Below the pieces are notes generated by a model. That model was not told the origin of the DNA. It ran no database searches and was given only the letters and a program-made list of their open reading frames with translations. From contig NC_068985.1 of the NCBI RefSeq assembly GCF_001194135.2, positions 83,810,973 through 83,874,972 of the forward strand: a DNA stretch of 64,000 nt, read 5' to 3'. Below are positions 25,312 to 38,700 of the stretch, one piece after another. The first letter of the stretch is position 1. Every line of letters begins with the position of its first letter. Source of the DNA: Octopus bimaculoides. Its lineage: Eukaryota. The position numbers and the translations under genes were made by a program.

Positions 25312-28300
25312 GACTTCGGATAAAAGAAAATACATGGAGCTCAGTTAATTATGATTTTATTTCCCTCTCAGATTCACACATTTACTGCAGCAGTCCTTCA
25401 GTTTTTCTTGGCCCTATAAAAGAACTTGGAAGTTTGGGCCTCCAACCAGGCCTTTTAAGATACCCTTAAAGCCAGGAACTTTTCAGCACCCCCTCATATA
25501 TACCTTTCCCGGGTTAATTACAACACACAGTGTCAACCACATCGGTCATTTGTATTAAAATATATTTGTAGGGTACCTGAGTTGTCTTTGAATATTAATT
25601 GTTTAAGAGAGAGAGAGAAAGAGAGAGAGAGAGAAATACAAGCAACCATCGGATTTAGATAACAAAAAAGTGTGTTAAACATGATTGCCACAGGGAGGAA
25701 GATGCAATGAAAGTGTTTGTATTAAACAGATAATTATCAGTTGAATGGTTCTTATTGAAGTCAACTTTGCCTTTCATTCCACTGGAATTGATAAAATAAA
25801 TGTTAGGAGTATACTGAGCTAATTATATACCTACAAAATTGACCTTAGGCTATTTCAAAAAACATACAAAAACAAAAGTAAAACATTTTTCGGCAATAGT
25901 TTACCAAAATGTTTCTTCTGTTCTTGATTTTTATCTTTATTATTCTACTGTAGCTGGATTTATCTTAGAGACTTCATTATCTTTGGACATTTGATTTCAT
26001 ATGTGTTTGTGAATCAATGTTTTACTCACTGTATCCTTTTAAAATTGTTGTTGCTGTTGTTTCTGTATAACTAAGCTCAACTCTCATTGATCTGATTTAT
26101 GATCAAAGCCATTCTTTTTCAAATATCTTATATTTCTACTGCAATATTATCCGATGTCTTTTTTTTTTTTTTTTGTTTTTGAGGAAGATTTACCGTATTT
26201 GACAACATATGAAATACACTTTTACCCTTAAAAAATGTCTCAAAAAACAAAAATCACCCCCAGTCCATTACACTAAGTCAGACCCCCATCCCTTTGAGCT
26301 TTAATGTATTAAAGACATTTTTGAAGAAATTGGGGTGCATCTAATATGCCTATAAGCCATTTATGCCACCAAAATGGTAGTTGTTATTTCTAGCAGAGTA
26401 GGGGATTGCATAGAGGCTCACGCAATTGGTTTTGTGATTTTTTAAAGTTGTTATTGTTTAGCATTCATGTCATGACCATGTTTATTTTCCCCTCAAACAT
26501 AGTACATGCAGAACTATATAATATAATGTCTTTTTTTTTTCAAAGACAGTTAAGTATAAGTTAAAGGAAATCTGGTCGCTTTTCCTAACAGATTAGGTAA
26601 TGATATAGAGGCACTTGGTTGTGGCGATAGTGAGAAACCATGATATCTGTCTGGTAACAGGTGTTGTGTCTGTTTTGAATTTAATACAGAATAACTATTA
26701 AACACAGATCATCAGAAGTCCAGATCTAATGGTAAAGCAGACCAAGACATCTGAGGAAGTTTGATCTAAAGCAAAACCAGATTAATGTGGAACTTATCCT
26801 TAATTGTTATGTGAACTAGGGTTATGTAGAATTGATTGTGCTATCCAGAAACAATGTACTCCTATCAGTGGGTTTGAATTCTTAACCCTTGAACAAACAT
26901 GGGTACAGGCATAGCTATATGATTAAGAAAGTGGGTTTATTTATGTATGCTTTTGGGGTCCGGTGTACAGTACTTTGCCATTGTACAATACTTTGGAGGA
27001 ATGCCTTCTAGCATAGCCTTGGATTGACCTGAGTCATGTGAAGGAAATTTGCAGGATGTAAGTAGATATGGTAGGCCATCAGATAGGTTCCTGTTTTTGG
27101 ATAGTGGACTTCATTACTATCATAACACCATCACTGCAAGGTACTTGAGTGCCATTATTAGTCAACTTTGTTGCAGTCATTTGGGCCTGATCTATGGTCT
27201 GGAGATAAGTTCCTGCCATTCTTGCACCAGTCTTAGAGGCCCTGTAAAAGGTCATGAGTGTTCCATCCTTTACCTAGTCTAATGTTTCAACTCACCTGTA
27301 ATGGTGTTGCATATGAAGTGTTTAGACGTTGTACTGTTTTGCCCAGAACAACAAACTATCATCAAGATCAGTGTGGAGAGTACAGTCTGTGTAGCTGTCT
27401 CCTCATACTCCAATTTAGTGAAGTGTAACACTCGACATTTGAGTAACAACTAATCAATCAATAAACAATCAATCAATCAGCTTTTCTTCTTTCTCAGTGT
27501 TGGCATGAATCTTTCTTTTCGAGTTGTCTATGGATTGTGGTGCTCATGCATTTTTGTGTGAATGAGTGTCTGCTTAGAGACAGAGCATTAAACAATTACA
27601 TTTTGAAGTAAAGATATTTTTCTTTCTTAGCAGAGAGAGGGAGGAGAGGGAGATAAACAGAGACAGAGAGAGGACGGAAAGAGAGAGAGAGAGTTGGGGA
27701 GGTAAAGGTATAACTATTAACCTCTCATTATATTGTATGTCAGAAATATTTTTCTTTTATTTTTTTTGTTTTATTCCAGTTGTAATATAAAAGTAATACT
27801 AAATCAGATATGTATCTTTTGTTCTTGATTTGTTTATTAAAAGATCATTTGCTTTCTTTAACGTTAAGACACATCAACATGGGCGTTTATTGCCAGTGCC
27901 AACACGGTTCATTTGCCACATAGAACACCATTTATTAATCTAAAATTAAGTGACAGAGGTCTGGCTTGTCCTTTTTGTTGCCATGTGAAGTTTATCAGTT
28001 TTAGGGAGATAAACTAAACCTTTAGAACATAGCATGGATGTAAAAAATTATGCAATAATTCTCTCTCTTCTGAATCTATTTCCATTAAATTATCAATTCA
28101 AACTCATTTTTTTTCTCTTTCTTTTTTCTAATATTTTTTCTCTTTTTCTATGAGAAATGCCAATTTCATAACACCATAACAACATCCTCTTATTTTTGTT
28201 TTGTTTTTAAACCTTACCAAGGTATGTTTATGTGAATAAGATTATCCTGTGATTGTGAATAACATTGTTAACCTATTCTTACATGTACATTTCCAATCTT

Positions 28301-30234
28301 GGTTTATTACTGGCACTATAGATCTATCTGTCTGTTCAAATTCGCATAAAACCCATTAACATTATTGATAATTATGAAGTCTTTATACGTCTGGTTAACT
28401 GGTAAAGAACACCAACAGCAAGCAACTCCGTGCCCACTGCTGCTACCACAAAGCTTCTGTTTTAAATTGTGTGATTTCATCATTGACAAAAGAGATGAAG
28501 TGAGTTAGTATTATTGTTATCGGCAATGAAGGATGATACAAGTAGTAGATCATAGATAACGCCCACTCCCTAATGGCTAAAGTAGACCTTTCTTATTTAG
28601 TTCTCTCTCACAATGAGCTTGAGTAGATAGAATAAAGTAGGCATTAGGAATATTAAAGAAGAGTTGTTTGACCATAGCCTGAAGTCTCAGAAATGATAAT
28701 TGGTATTCATCTTCGTGCTAGACTTTTCTGTGCAATTATGATTCCTGCTCTTTAACCAATCCATTCAATTCATACTATTGTTACTACTATTCAGTCACAC
28801 AACTAGTATAATTCCCAGTATGCTTTCTATTTCTTCTTTTCCTCTATCCCTTTCCTTTGAGCATTTTATCATATCTCATCTCTTCCTTTTGTTACTAGTA
28901 GCCTGGTTCATCACTTAGCTAACATGAAATCTCATTACTAAAGGTCGCACCACCCAAACCATCTACTCAGATGATATGATTTTAATTCTCTGCTCTACAG
29001 CTCTCTAATTATTTTTCGTCTTCTCTTCCAGCCCCACCATGATCTTTGGCTCCATCAACTTGCACTACTAACCTTTCATCTATATCACCTTGCAGGAGTT
29101 TGTAGCATTATGGACTATTTTATTATATCTTAGTTCATTAAACCCCACCTTTCTTCACCTTAAAAATTAAAAATAATAAATAAATAAATAAATGTAAAAT
29201 AAATAGAAAGACAAACTATTCACAAAATAGTATATCTAAATATTTTTACACAATTTAAGGGACATATTTTTTCAATTAACTGGTATTCAGATATTTCCAC
29301 TAGTCTAATACTTTGTTATCAAAATAACTGTTCTCACTGTAATTTGACCTTTTTTGTGACTACTTTTCTAATGAGTAGACTGCCTGTATATTTCAATTTC
29401 CAATGTAATTTAAGATATTGAAGATGTTTTCTAAAAATATCTGTAACTTTGTAGTATATTGGTTTCAAATTTTGGCTCAAAGTTCAAGGGAGGGGGCTAG
29501 TTGTACATCGATTCCCATGCTCATAAGTATCAGAGCTCATCTGGTACTTATTTTATGGACCCCCAAATGGATGAAAGGCAAAGTCGACCCTGGTGGCATT
29601 TGAGCTCAGAATGTTAAAATAGACAATATGCTGCAAAGTATTTTTGCCTGGTATAACTTCCATTTCTAACCACCTTACTTTTTCATTGGTACAATACGCC
29701 TTGGAGCACATTATAAAATCTGTTCTTTTCTAATGTGGTAGGATAGGATATGAAAATGATTTAGCTACTATTCTATAGCAGCTCTAATGACCAGGTAGGG
29801 CTTTCATGCTTGTGTTGACCAACTGGAGACTCCATTTATGTTATGAGATTTTACTCTACATATGAATGCTTCAATAAGCAAGGTCTCCTGTTGATTGGTA
29901 TTAAAAATAATGTATATAGATATAATGCTGTATTCAAACCAATATGTATTTCTACTATCCATGTATTTATTGTATAGTCCTTAACAAAACGAATACTAAC
30001 TTTGTACATTCCTTTATTCATACTGATTTCATTCATTGAACTTTGGCCATGCCAAAGAACAAAGCATTATATCAACTCCAGTACATTTTCAGTCTGGTAC
30101 TTATTTTATCAATCTCTATTGATTGAAACACTAAGTTGTTATTTTTGACATGGAAATACAAAACCAAATTTCACTGGTAAATATAAATAAAGACACTGGT
30201 ACAGATATACACTCGTACAAATAAATATATATGA

Positions 30235-30640
30235 TGGACTAGTTGTGTGGTTAAAAAGTTTACCTTCCAATCACCAGGCTTCAGTTTCATTCCCACTGTG
30301 TGGCACCTTAGACAAGTGTCTTCTACCATAACCTTGGGTCAACCAAAGTCTTGCAAGTGGATTTTGTCGTAGGAAACTGAAAGATGCTTATCATATTTGT
30401 GTGTCCTTGTCTTGACATCCATGATCGTTATAAATAAGTGTCACTGTCATACAAGCAGTGTCTCTTGTTTTTAGTCTCCCATGAAAACATGTCAAGCCAT
30501 GGGGGAAATACTTCCTTATTTGGGAACAAGTAAGGGCTAGGGACAAGAAGAACATGCAGCCATAAAAAATCTACCTGTACAAATTCCACCTGACCCACGG
30601 AAAAGTAGACATCAGAAGAATTCAAACAATGATGATGAAA
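30235..30640 (+). mobile_element. SINE with family A head and an RTE-like 3' tail
   Basis: A-type head and CORE-like segment at 30235-30390, then a different body ending ACCTGACCCACGGAAAAGTAGACATC...ATGATGATGA, resembling the RTE 3' end. Confidence 0.7.
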
Positions 30641-31171
30641 CACTGGTACAAGGTGCTGTGCCGTGGAACTGAACCTGAATCCATGTGGTTGCAAAGCAAA
30701 CTTCTTAGCCATACAGTAATACCTGTACCCATAAAGTAAACTTACAGATCAACATTTGTAATTGCAACCAAATAACCTACTCATTAATGTCACAGGATCA
30801 CTGACAGTTTAAATCAAATATTAATTGATAGGCTCTCTTGGTAATGGAATAAGAATATAGTTGATTGATTCTATCTCAGTATGTTACTCAAGGAAGACAA
30901 AGAAGTTGCTCAACCAGCTAACAATAGCAGTCAATCTTCTTTAAATAACACTTTGCTATCTTAAAAAGAGAAGGAGCCATATATCCAGGATTAAGTAGTT
31001 CTTGATACATTATATATGAAACAGATAACATGGTCATGGCTTGGAATACCTTTGATCATAGATCTGTTAAATCAGAGCTGACCTGAGGTGAATAATACCT
31101 CAACAAACAACCAGAGAGAACCTCGGTGTAGCTGTTTGAGCAGCTAGAAATAACACCTAAATTTCCTTTAA

Positions 31172-31391
31172 CCCTTTAGCATTTAATCTAGCTATATCCA
31201 GCCCAAATATTTTACTTGTTTTATGTTAAAACTGGCCAGATCCTGCCTTTCACACCTGCCCTGCAATATCATTCTAAAAATATACAAACACACCATAGAA
31301 ACCTTAAAGCAACGAGATAATGCATGATTAATTCAAAACAATGTGAGTAAATAAGCAATACATTTCACAAAGAAATCTCAATGCTAAAAGG
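31172..31391 (+). mobile_element. piggyBac-type MITE, TTAA TSD, inserted in a family E repeat
   Basis: TTAA|CCCTTTAGCATT...AATGCTAAAAGG|TTAA, 220 bp. Confidence 0.9.
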
Positions 31392-31459
31392 TTAAATTAC
31401 ATCTGAGGATGATACCTGGTTGACTGATGATGATACTTGATCATCACAACCGAGGATGA

Positions 31460-31526
31460 TACCTGGTTGATCCTGCCAGTAGTCATATGCTTGTCTCAAA
31501 GGCTTAAACCATGCAAGTATAAATAC
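31460..31526 (+). rRNA. 18S rRNA 5'-terminal fragment (non-functional, 67 nt)
   Basis: TACCTGGTTGATCCTGCCAGTAGTCATATGCTTGTCTCAAAG is the universally conserved 18S 5' end, followed by a diverged continuation GCTTAAACCATGCAAGTATAAATAC. No further rDNA nearby. Confidence 0.92.
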
Positions 31527-32674
31527 TCATTAGAAAAAGTAGCCCTAGATACACTAGAACTGAAAATAATGTAATGGCCAGAGAGCTGAAATGTCTCTTA
31601 TAAGCCTAGTCAATCACAGAAGATTGAGGCTAAATAATAATAAGTAGGTTGCACTTTTACTCTGTGTATACGAATATAAATTCACTTGCTGGATGATAAA
31701 AAGATGGCTTATTTTTGCCAAGAATATATAACTGTATTATGATAATTTGGATAAATGTGTGTCTGTGTATATGTGTATGTAAATGAACAGGTATGTCATA
31801 TATAGCTTATATCTTCATGTAGCTATGTTACTTGTAGTTTATATATTCATTTGATATAATAGAATGTAGACTATTTAGTGGAAGCCTCTAGAAATATATT
31901 TATATACATGATTGCTTTGAATTACTTGAATAAATTAATTTAAAACTATAATAAATAAGATTAAAGTAATGTCTCTCATTCGATGAATTGCAAGTATAAA
32001 ATGAATTATGAGATTATGAAAATTAGTTGTAATATTTATGTGTGAGTTTTATAACATTAATGTTTATTATCTCATAATTTGTGTGTGCAAATGTGTGGAG
32101 TAGAAATATTTAGTACACTCATAGATAATTTCAAAACGATTTCCTTGATATATGGGGCTGGGCTTAGATGATAACAATCAATGCCTGGAGTTCACAAGCT
32201 AAAAGAAAAAAAATGCACCTACACAATTTTAAGAGTATATTCAGTGTTTAATGTGTTGGGTTATGTACTTTTAAGAAACAGCATCAAACCCCAAGGGAAA
32301 CATTGCATTATGCATTAAGAAAAAAAAAAAACTTTGCTCTTTTGTATCAACTCTGTCTAGTAGGATGGATTTAGATGGATTGTTCTTTTAGAAAAGAAAT
32401 TATTTTGTCTTAATTTATGTCAAATCATATTTCACTTTATTATAAAAGGAAGTACACATAATGATGATCATCATCATTATTTAATGGTCTCTGACAACAT
32501 TAGTCAATCATGGAAGATTGGGACTAAATAATAATAAACAGGTTGCACTTTAACTCTGTGTGTAAGAATACAAATACATTTGGTGGGTGGTATTTTTGCT
32601 AAGAATGTGTAACTGTATTATGTTAATTTGAGTAAATGTGAGTCCATGTAAATGTGTATGTAAATGAACAGGTA

Positions 32675-33920
32675 CAGGAGTTGGACAAAATAATGGAAGC
32701 ACCTTAAAATTTCCAACAAATTTATTCTCATATGGGGTAGGACCACCTTTGGCAGTAATTACAGCTTGAATTCTATGAGGTATGGACTTGTACAAAGAAA
32801 TTTTTGTCCATTCTTCACCTAAAACAGTCTCCAGTTCTTGTAGTGATGATGATGGAGGATATCGACTCTTACTTGTTTTTCTAAAATTCACCATAAATGT
32901 TCGATAATATTGAGATCTGGGGACTGTGGTGGCCAGATAAGATGTTCAACTAGAATGTTCCTCGTGTCATTCAGTAACAACTTTAACTGTGTAAATTGGT
33001 GCATTATCATCCTGAAAGATTGTGTTTCCCTCCAGAAACAGTTCCACAACCATAGGATGAATTTGATCAGATACAATACTTAAATAGTCTTGGCTATTAA
33101 TTTTACCATGAAGGAAAACCATTGGGCCAGCAGATTTCCAAGATATAGCCCCCCTCCCAATCATCACAGATCTTCCTCCATGTTTAACACTTGGAAAAAA
33201 GGCAGTCTGGCTCAAATACTTCTTTTGGCTGACACCACACGTATACTCAGCCGGTGGTTGGAAATAAGGTAAAGGATGACTCGTCCAAGAAAATAACATT
33301 CTTCCACTCATCTAGGGACCAACTCTGTAGGTTTTTACTCCACTCTAAATGCTTTGCAACGTTTGCTTTTGAAAGTAGTGGTTTTCTGATTGCAGCCCTC
33401 CCATGAAATCTGGCTTTGTGCAGCTCCCAGCAAACAGTTTTTGTGGAAACTAGGTTCTCAAGGTGGTCATTAAGCTCTACAGTAATTTTGGGAGCTGTTT
33501 CTTTTGTGATCCTTTCTAACAATTCGTGTAAGAGTCCGACGGTCTCTATCTGAAAATTTTGGTTTTCTTCCGGATTTTGTTTTGACGAGGAGGTTTTTCC
33601 CTTTTTCTCAAAGGCTGTCATTACTGTTGAGACAGTACTTCTTGATACACCAAACATTTCAGCTGTTTTCATTACGCTAGTGCCTGACATATGAGCACCA
33701 ACAATTTGACCTCTTTAAAAGTCCAAAAGATCTGTCATTTTAATGAATTTTAATTACCCTTTTGTGATGATATCTGAAAAGAAACAGCAATTTTAGCAAA
33801 ACATATTAAGCAACACTAATAATAAATTTAAAAAAAACAAAAATAAACAAACTTCTGACGGTTTTATAGATACTTCAAAATTATGATGCTAGGTGTTTCC
33901 ATTATTTTGTCCAACCCCAG
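32675..33920 (-). mobile_element. Tc1-like DNA transposon (DD34E), near full length
   Basis: 30-bp TIRs CAGGAGTTGGACAAAATAATGGAAGCACCT / AGGTGTTTCCATTATTTTGTCCAACCCCAG with 3 mismatches; TA at 32673-74 and 33921-22. Confidence 0.95.
32726..33738 (-). pseudogene. Tc1 transposase, frameshifted
   Basis: Paired-like N-terminus (TAEMFGVSRSTVSTV), FLDESSF, VKHGGRSVM, FQDDNAP, WPPQSPDLNIIEHLW and IQAVITAKGGPTPY spread over several frames. Confidence 0.93.
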
Positions 33921-34519
33921 TATGTCATATATAGTTTATATCTTCATGTAGCTATTTTGCTTATAGTTTATATACTCTTTTAATATGATAGAATGTAGAT
34001 TATTTAGTGGCGGCCTCTCTAGCTGGATACCTTTCTTAATGTCAACCACTTTAAAGTGTGTATAGGGCAATTTTTATGTGGCACCTGCACTAATGAGGTC
34101 ACCAGGCAGCTTGCAAATTTAAGATCCTCTTTAACTAAGTGGGGCTACAGTAGAGAGGGAGGTGATTTCATACTAGGAGATGAGGGATTAAAGTGTAAGA
34201 GAGGTGCCCCGAACAGGTTTCTTGCTGCAACAGTCCAGATACTTATTGATCAGACTACATATTGTGTATAATGGAATTAAAATTTCAGAGTTATTGATTC
34301 TGTTTGATAAAACATGACTCAAAATTTCGAAGGCAAAGAATATAGGTGATTGAACTGACCCCATCCTTTCCCTGTATTACTGGTACTTATTTTATTGGAC
34401 TGACCTTGAAGAAAAGAAATACAGTGTGTAATGTACTTGATTTTTCTGCCAATTTGCTTCCACCAGCTTTCGAATTTATTAAAAATATTGTAAACGAGAA
34501 AAATGCCTCTGCTTAATAA

Positions 34520-34700
34520 AGCTTCAAAATGGCATCATATGGGCAAATTGATTGGTGAAATTGGTTAATAGTATTAAAATGGTGTCATCAACATATTGAG
34601 TCCATGTTAGGCTTTCAAGAAGTGGCAAATCTTCGGCTTGGCTTGTTTGAATTCTTGCACGATTGCTATTAGAAGTCTTTCCCAGTATCAATTAGGGATT
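34520..34700 (-). mobile_element. Possible decayed reverse transcriptase remnant (Penelope-like)
   Basis: LTWTQYVDDTILI (YVDD at 34584-34595) and KQAKPKI just upstream in another frame; nothing more is recognisable. Confidence 0.3.
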
Positions 34701-35092
34701 CCAAGTTCGTAAAAGCCCTTCCAGCACGGTTGTTTTTATTGCATACTTCTAACTCACTAATATCAACCTAGTCAATCATTTACTAATTCCCAAGAGTTGA
34801 GTTATATGAGCGGGTGAAAGGGTGATGCAGGAGAGAATGGGTGACTGGGATGGATTTTGATGGCTAAAGATATGGATGGATGGATGGATGGAGGGATGTA
34901 TGAATGTATGGATAAATGGATGGATTGGTTGATGGATGGATGAATGGATTGATAGGTGCATGTGAAAGTTGAAGTGGGGATGGTCAGTAGGTTTATAAGA
35001 TGGATTTAGATGGATGGATGGCTGGATGGATGAATAGATAAATTGTTGACTGGATGTGAGAAGAGGATACAGAAGACAGAACATTGAAGAAA

Positions 35093-35133
<41 letters not shown>

Positions 35134-37384
35134 AATGGAGAGAGCAGTGATGGAGAAAAGGGAAAGGGGTTTATGTATTAGTAGAGAGAAAGAAAGCTGC
35201 AGGGAAAGATTTAGAAATAAAACCTAGCAGGAGGGGAGAGAGTAAAAGAAGTGGAGTTAAAATAGCAACATGGAAAGAGGAAAGAAAATGAAAAGATTAA
35301 GATGGGGACCAGAAACGCGTGTGTGAGAGAGAATGAAATATGAAGTGGAGAGAATAGGGTATGGAGTATGAAGATGACAGAAAGGAAAAGGGGAGAAAGC
35401 TAGAGACAGTAATAGATAGACAGCAAGATACACGAAATATTGAAATATCGTGACAGCGTAAGACAGAAAAAAAAAAGAAGAAAACAAATAAAAAAAGCAA
35501 AAACAAACTTGTGCAAAAGAAAAGTGTAGAAAGAAGAAGATATAAAGATACAGGTGGAGAAGGGTGGAGAGGTAAACAAAAGTAGATTATTTAAAGGAGA
35601 GAAATAAATATGAGTAGTAAAGATATGTGGGGAAGAAGAATAGGGAGAAATCAAAGAAATGTAAAGTTTATCTAAATCTTGAAGGAGGTGGAAAAGCCAT
35701 GAAGCTCCCATCCTCTGCTTATACATTCTTCTCTATTTATATAATCCATTGTATTAATCAGTCTACATCACAGCAAAGGCACCCTTCCCATCACCATCAC
35801 TTTTTTTTATTATTTTATTTTTCTCTTTTTTTTTCCTTCTTAATTCTATCTGTGCCCCTAGAATCATCCTGCTAGGTCAATTTTTGCCATAAAAGATTAA
35901 TATAAACAGATAACTTCTCTAATAGACTCCAAATTAATGCCGAAGGCTTTATTTAAGGACTTTTCCATTGATTTCACTCTACGATAAATGGAACTTGTGG
36001 ATGGCCCCTTAAGCTTTCCAAAATTACCAGAGGAAAATGATCCTATTATGTATCCCATATGAAAATACCATTTAGTCAAGATAGTAAAATTATCATTCTG
36101 GTAATTTCTGAGCCTACATGCGTAAAATCTGGTTTGGATTATCTATCTTCGTGAATTGTAAATTTTCTTTTTCTTGTATTCTTCAGTGATGATATTCTGT
36201 TAAAAGTAACTTTGTTTTGCTTGTTTATTTATTTACAGTTCTTTTTCTTTTTGGTTGTTATGCTTTAGTAAACCTGACTAATCATTTTAATAACATACAA
36301 AGAAGTCACAGTAATCCTTGATGCTACTGTCTCTGTTTCTCAAACCTAGAAGCTTCATTAAGTTCTTTATGTTATTATCTCATCAACATGCTTTGTAATA
36401 GCAAGTTTCAGTTACAATTATTGTTCGGTGTCAAGAATACTTTAACAATGATGATAGTGATAGCAATTGTAATGATGATAATAATAATAATAATAATAAT
36501 AATGATGATGATGATGAAAAAATCTTTAGATCAGGATATGTACACATGCGATGATACAGTTGTGTGCACTAAAACTTTGCATGATCTGAAAAAAAAAAAG
36601 AAAAAGAGAAACTGGTTTACTGTATTTTTCATTTTTCATTGTTTTTATTTGTTTTTGTCTCTGAATAAAAAAAAAATTGCTTTATTTAAATTTAGGATTT
36701 GTTAAGGTGAAAAAACAAAATACGAGCCATGACTCTCTTGAATGAGAATGAGACACGCATTCACAAACCCACATACAAATACATATGTGCATGCATGCGA
36801 ACGCATACACTCCCCATGTGTAAAGATAATGCTATCATGAACCTCACACACTAATGTACACATTATTTGCACTGATAGATGCACAGACATACCAATCATG
36901 CATACACAGTTACCCTACCTATTGCCTACATGCACATACCTGTACTAACATATAAATACACAACTTCATACTCTGATAGATTATTTGTATGGTAACACGC
37001 TTATACAAATATACACATATAACAATGCACTCACAAACACATGCATGCTATGTTGATTAAAAAAAAAAAAAGAGTATTGTGCTAAGCTTCATCTATTTTG
37101 GTTTGGACATCAACCATTTAAAACCAACTGTCCAAATACATTGATTTCACCTTGTTAAAAAAACAGTTCACCTGCTTGAGGAGTGATATGTATACATGCA
37201 GCATGTTTGTATTCTTCATGATAAAAATATTCAGCCTCACAATGTGGAGGATAAAACAAAGTAGGTTTTGAAAAGGAGAAATGAACTGTATATTTATAAC
37301 AACAGAAGCTGACACAATTTTACATCAATGAGCAAAACTTTTATGTAGTTTTATTTCTATTCTTTTTATTTATTTAATAGAGGA

Positions 37385-38476
37385 GCAAGCATGGCTGTGT
37401 GGCTGTATAATTTGCTTTGCAAATAGGTGGTTTCAGGTTCAGTCTCAATATGTGGCACCTTGAGCAAATGGTTTTTAACATAGCATTGTGTTGTTCAAAG
37501 TCTTGTGAGTAAAAGTTGGATAGACACAGGCATGGCTGTGTGGTATGAAGCTCGCTTACCAACTGCATGATTCCAGGTTCAGTCCCACTGTGTGGCACCT
37601 TGGACAAGTGTCTTCTATTATAACCCCAAGCCAACCAAACTCTTGTGAGTGAATTTGGCAGGCAGAAACTGAAAGGAGCCTGTCATCATCATCACTCAGT
37701 TTGTGTCTGTGTTTTTCCATGTACTACCACTTGACAACCAGTGCTAGTGTGTTTACATCCACATAACTTAGCAGTTTCGCAAAAGAGACTGATAAAATAT
37801 CAGACTTTAAAAACCATAACTAGTAGGGTCAATACATTTGACTAAATGTTCTTCAAGGCAGTGCCCCAGCATGGCCACAGTCTAATGAGTGAAAAAAGTA
37901 AAAAGTGGAAGAAAAATCACAATTTTGTGTAGGTGCAGGTGTGGCTGTGTGGTAAGAGACTTTCTTCCCTGTCGCATGGCTCCAGGTCCAGTCTCACTGT
38001 GTGACACCATGGGCAAGTGTTTTCTACTATAGCCTCAGTCTGACCAAAGCCTTATGAGTGGGTTTGGTAGATGAAGACTGTTAGAAGCCCATCGTATATA
38101 TATATATANNNNNNNNNNNNNNNNNNNNNNNNNNNNNNNNNNNNNNNNNNNNNNNNNNNNNNNNNNNNNNNNNNNNNNNNNNNNNNNNNNNNNNNNNNNN
38201 NNNNNNNNNNNNNNNNNNNNNNNNNNNTTGTTTTCTCTTTTGTTTTCTTTTACTTATTTCAGTCATTTGACTGCAGCCATGCTGGAGCACCTCCTTTAGT
38301 CAAACAAAGCGAGCCCATGACTTATTCTTTGTAAGCTTAGTACTTATTCTATCAGTCTCTTTTGCCAAACTGCTAAGTTATGGGGAAATAAACACACTAG
38401 TATCAGTTGTCAAGCAATGGTGGGGGGACAAACACAGACACGCAAATACATGCATACATACATACACACCCACACC

Positions 38477-38538
<62 letters not shown>

Positions 38539-38700
38539 ACATGCTTCTTTCCGTTTCTGTCTACCAAATCTACGTACAAGGATTTGGTCAACCCAAGGCT
38601 ATAGTAGGAGACAATTGCTCATGATGCCATGCAGTGGGAATGAACCTGGAACCATGTAGCTGGGGAGCTAGCTTTTTACCACACACCCACTTCTGTGCCT
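37385..38700. mobile_element. Cluster of family A SINEs (plus copies, then a full minus copy)
   Basis: Heads at about 37385, 37526 and 37932 (plus); full minus copy at about 38240-38700. Confidence 0.85.
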
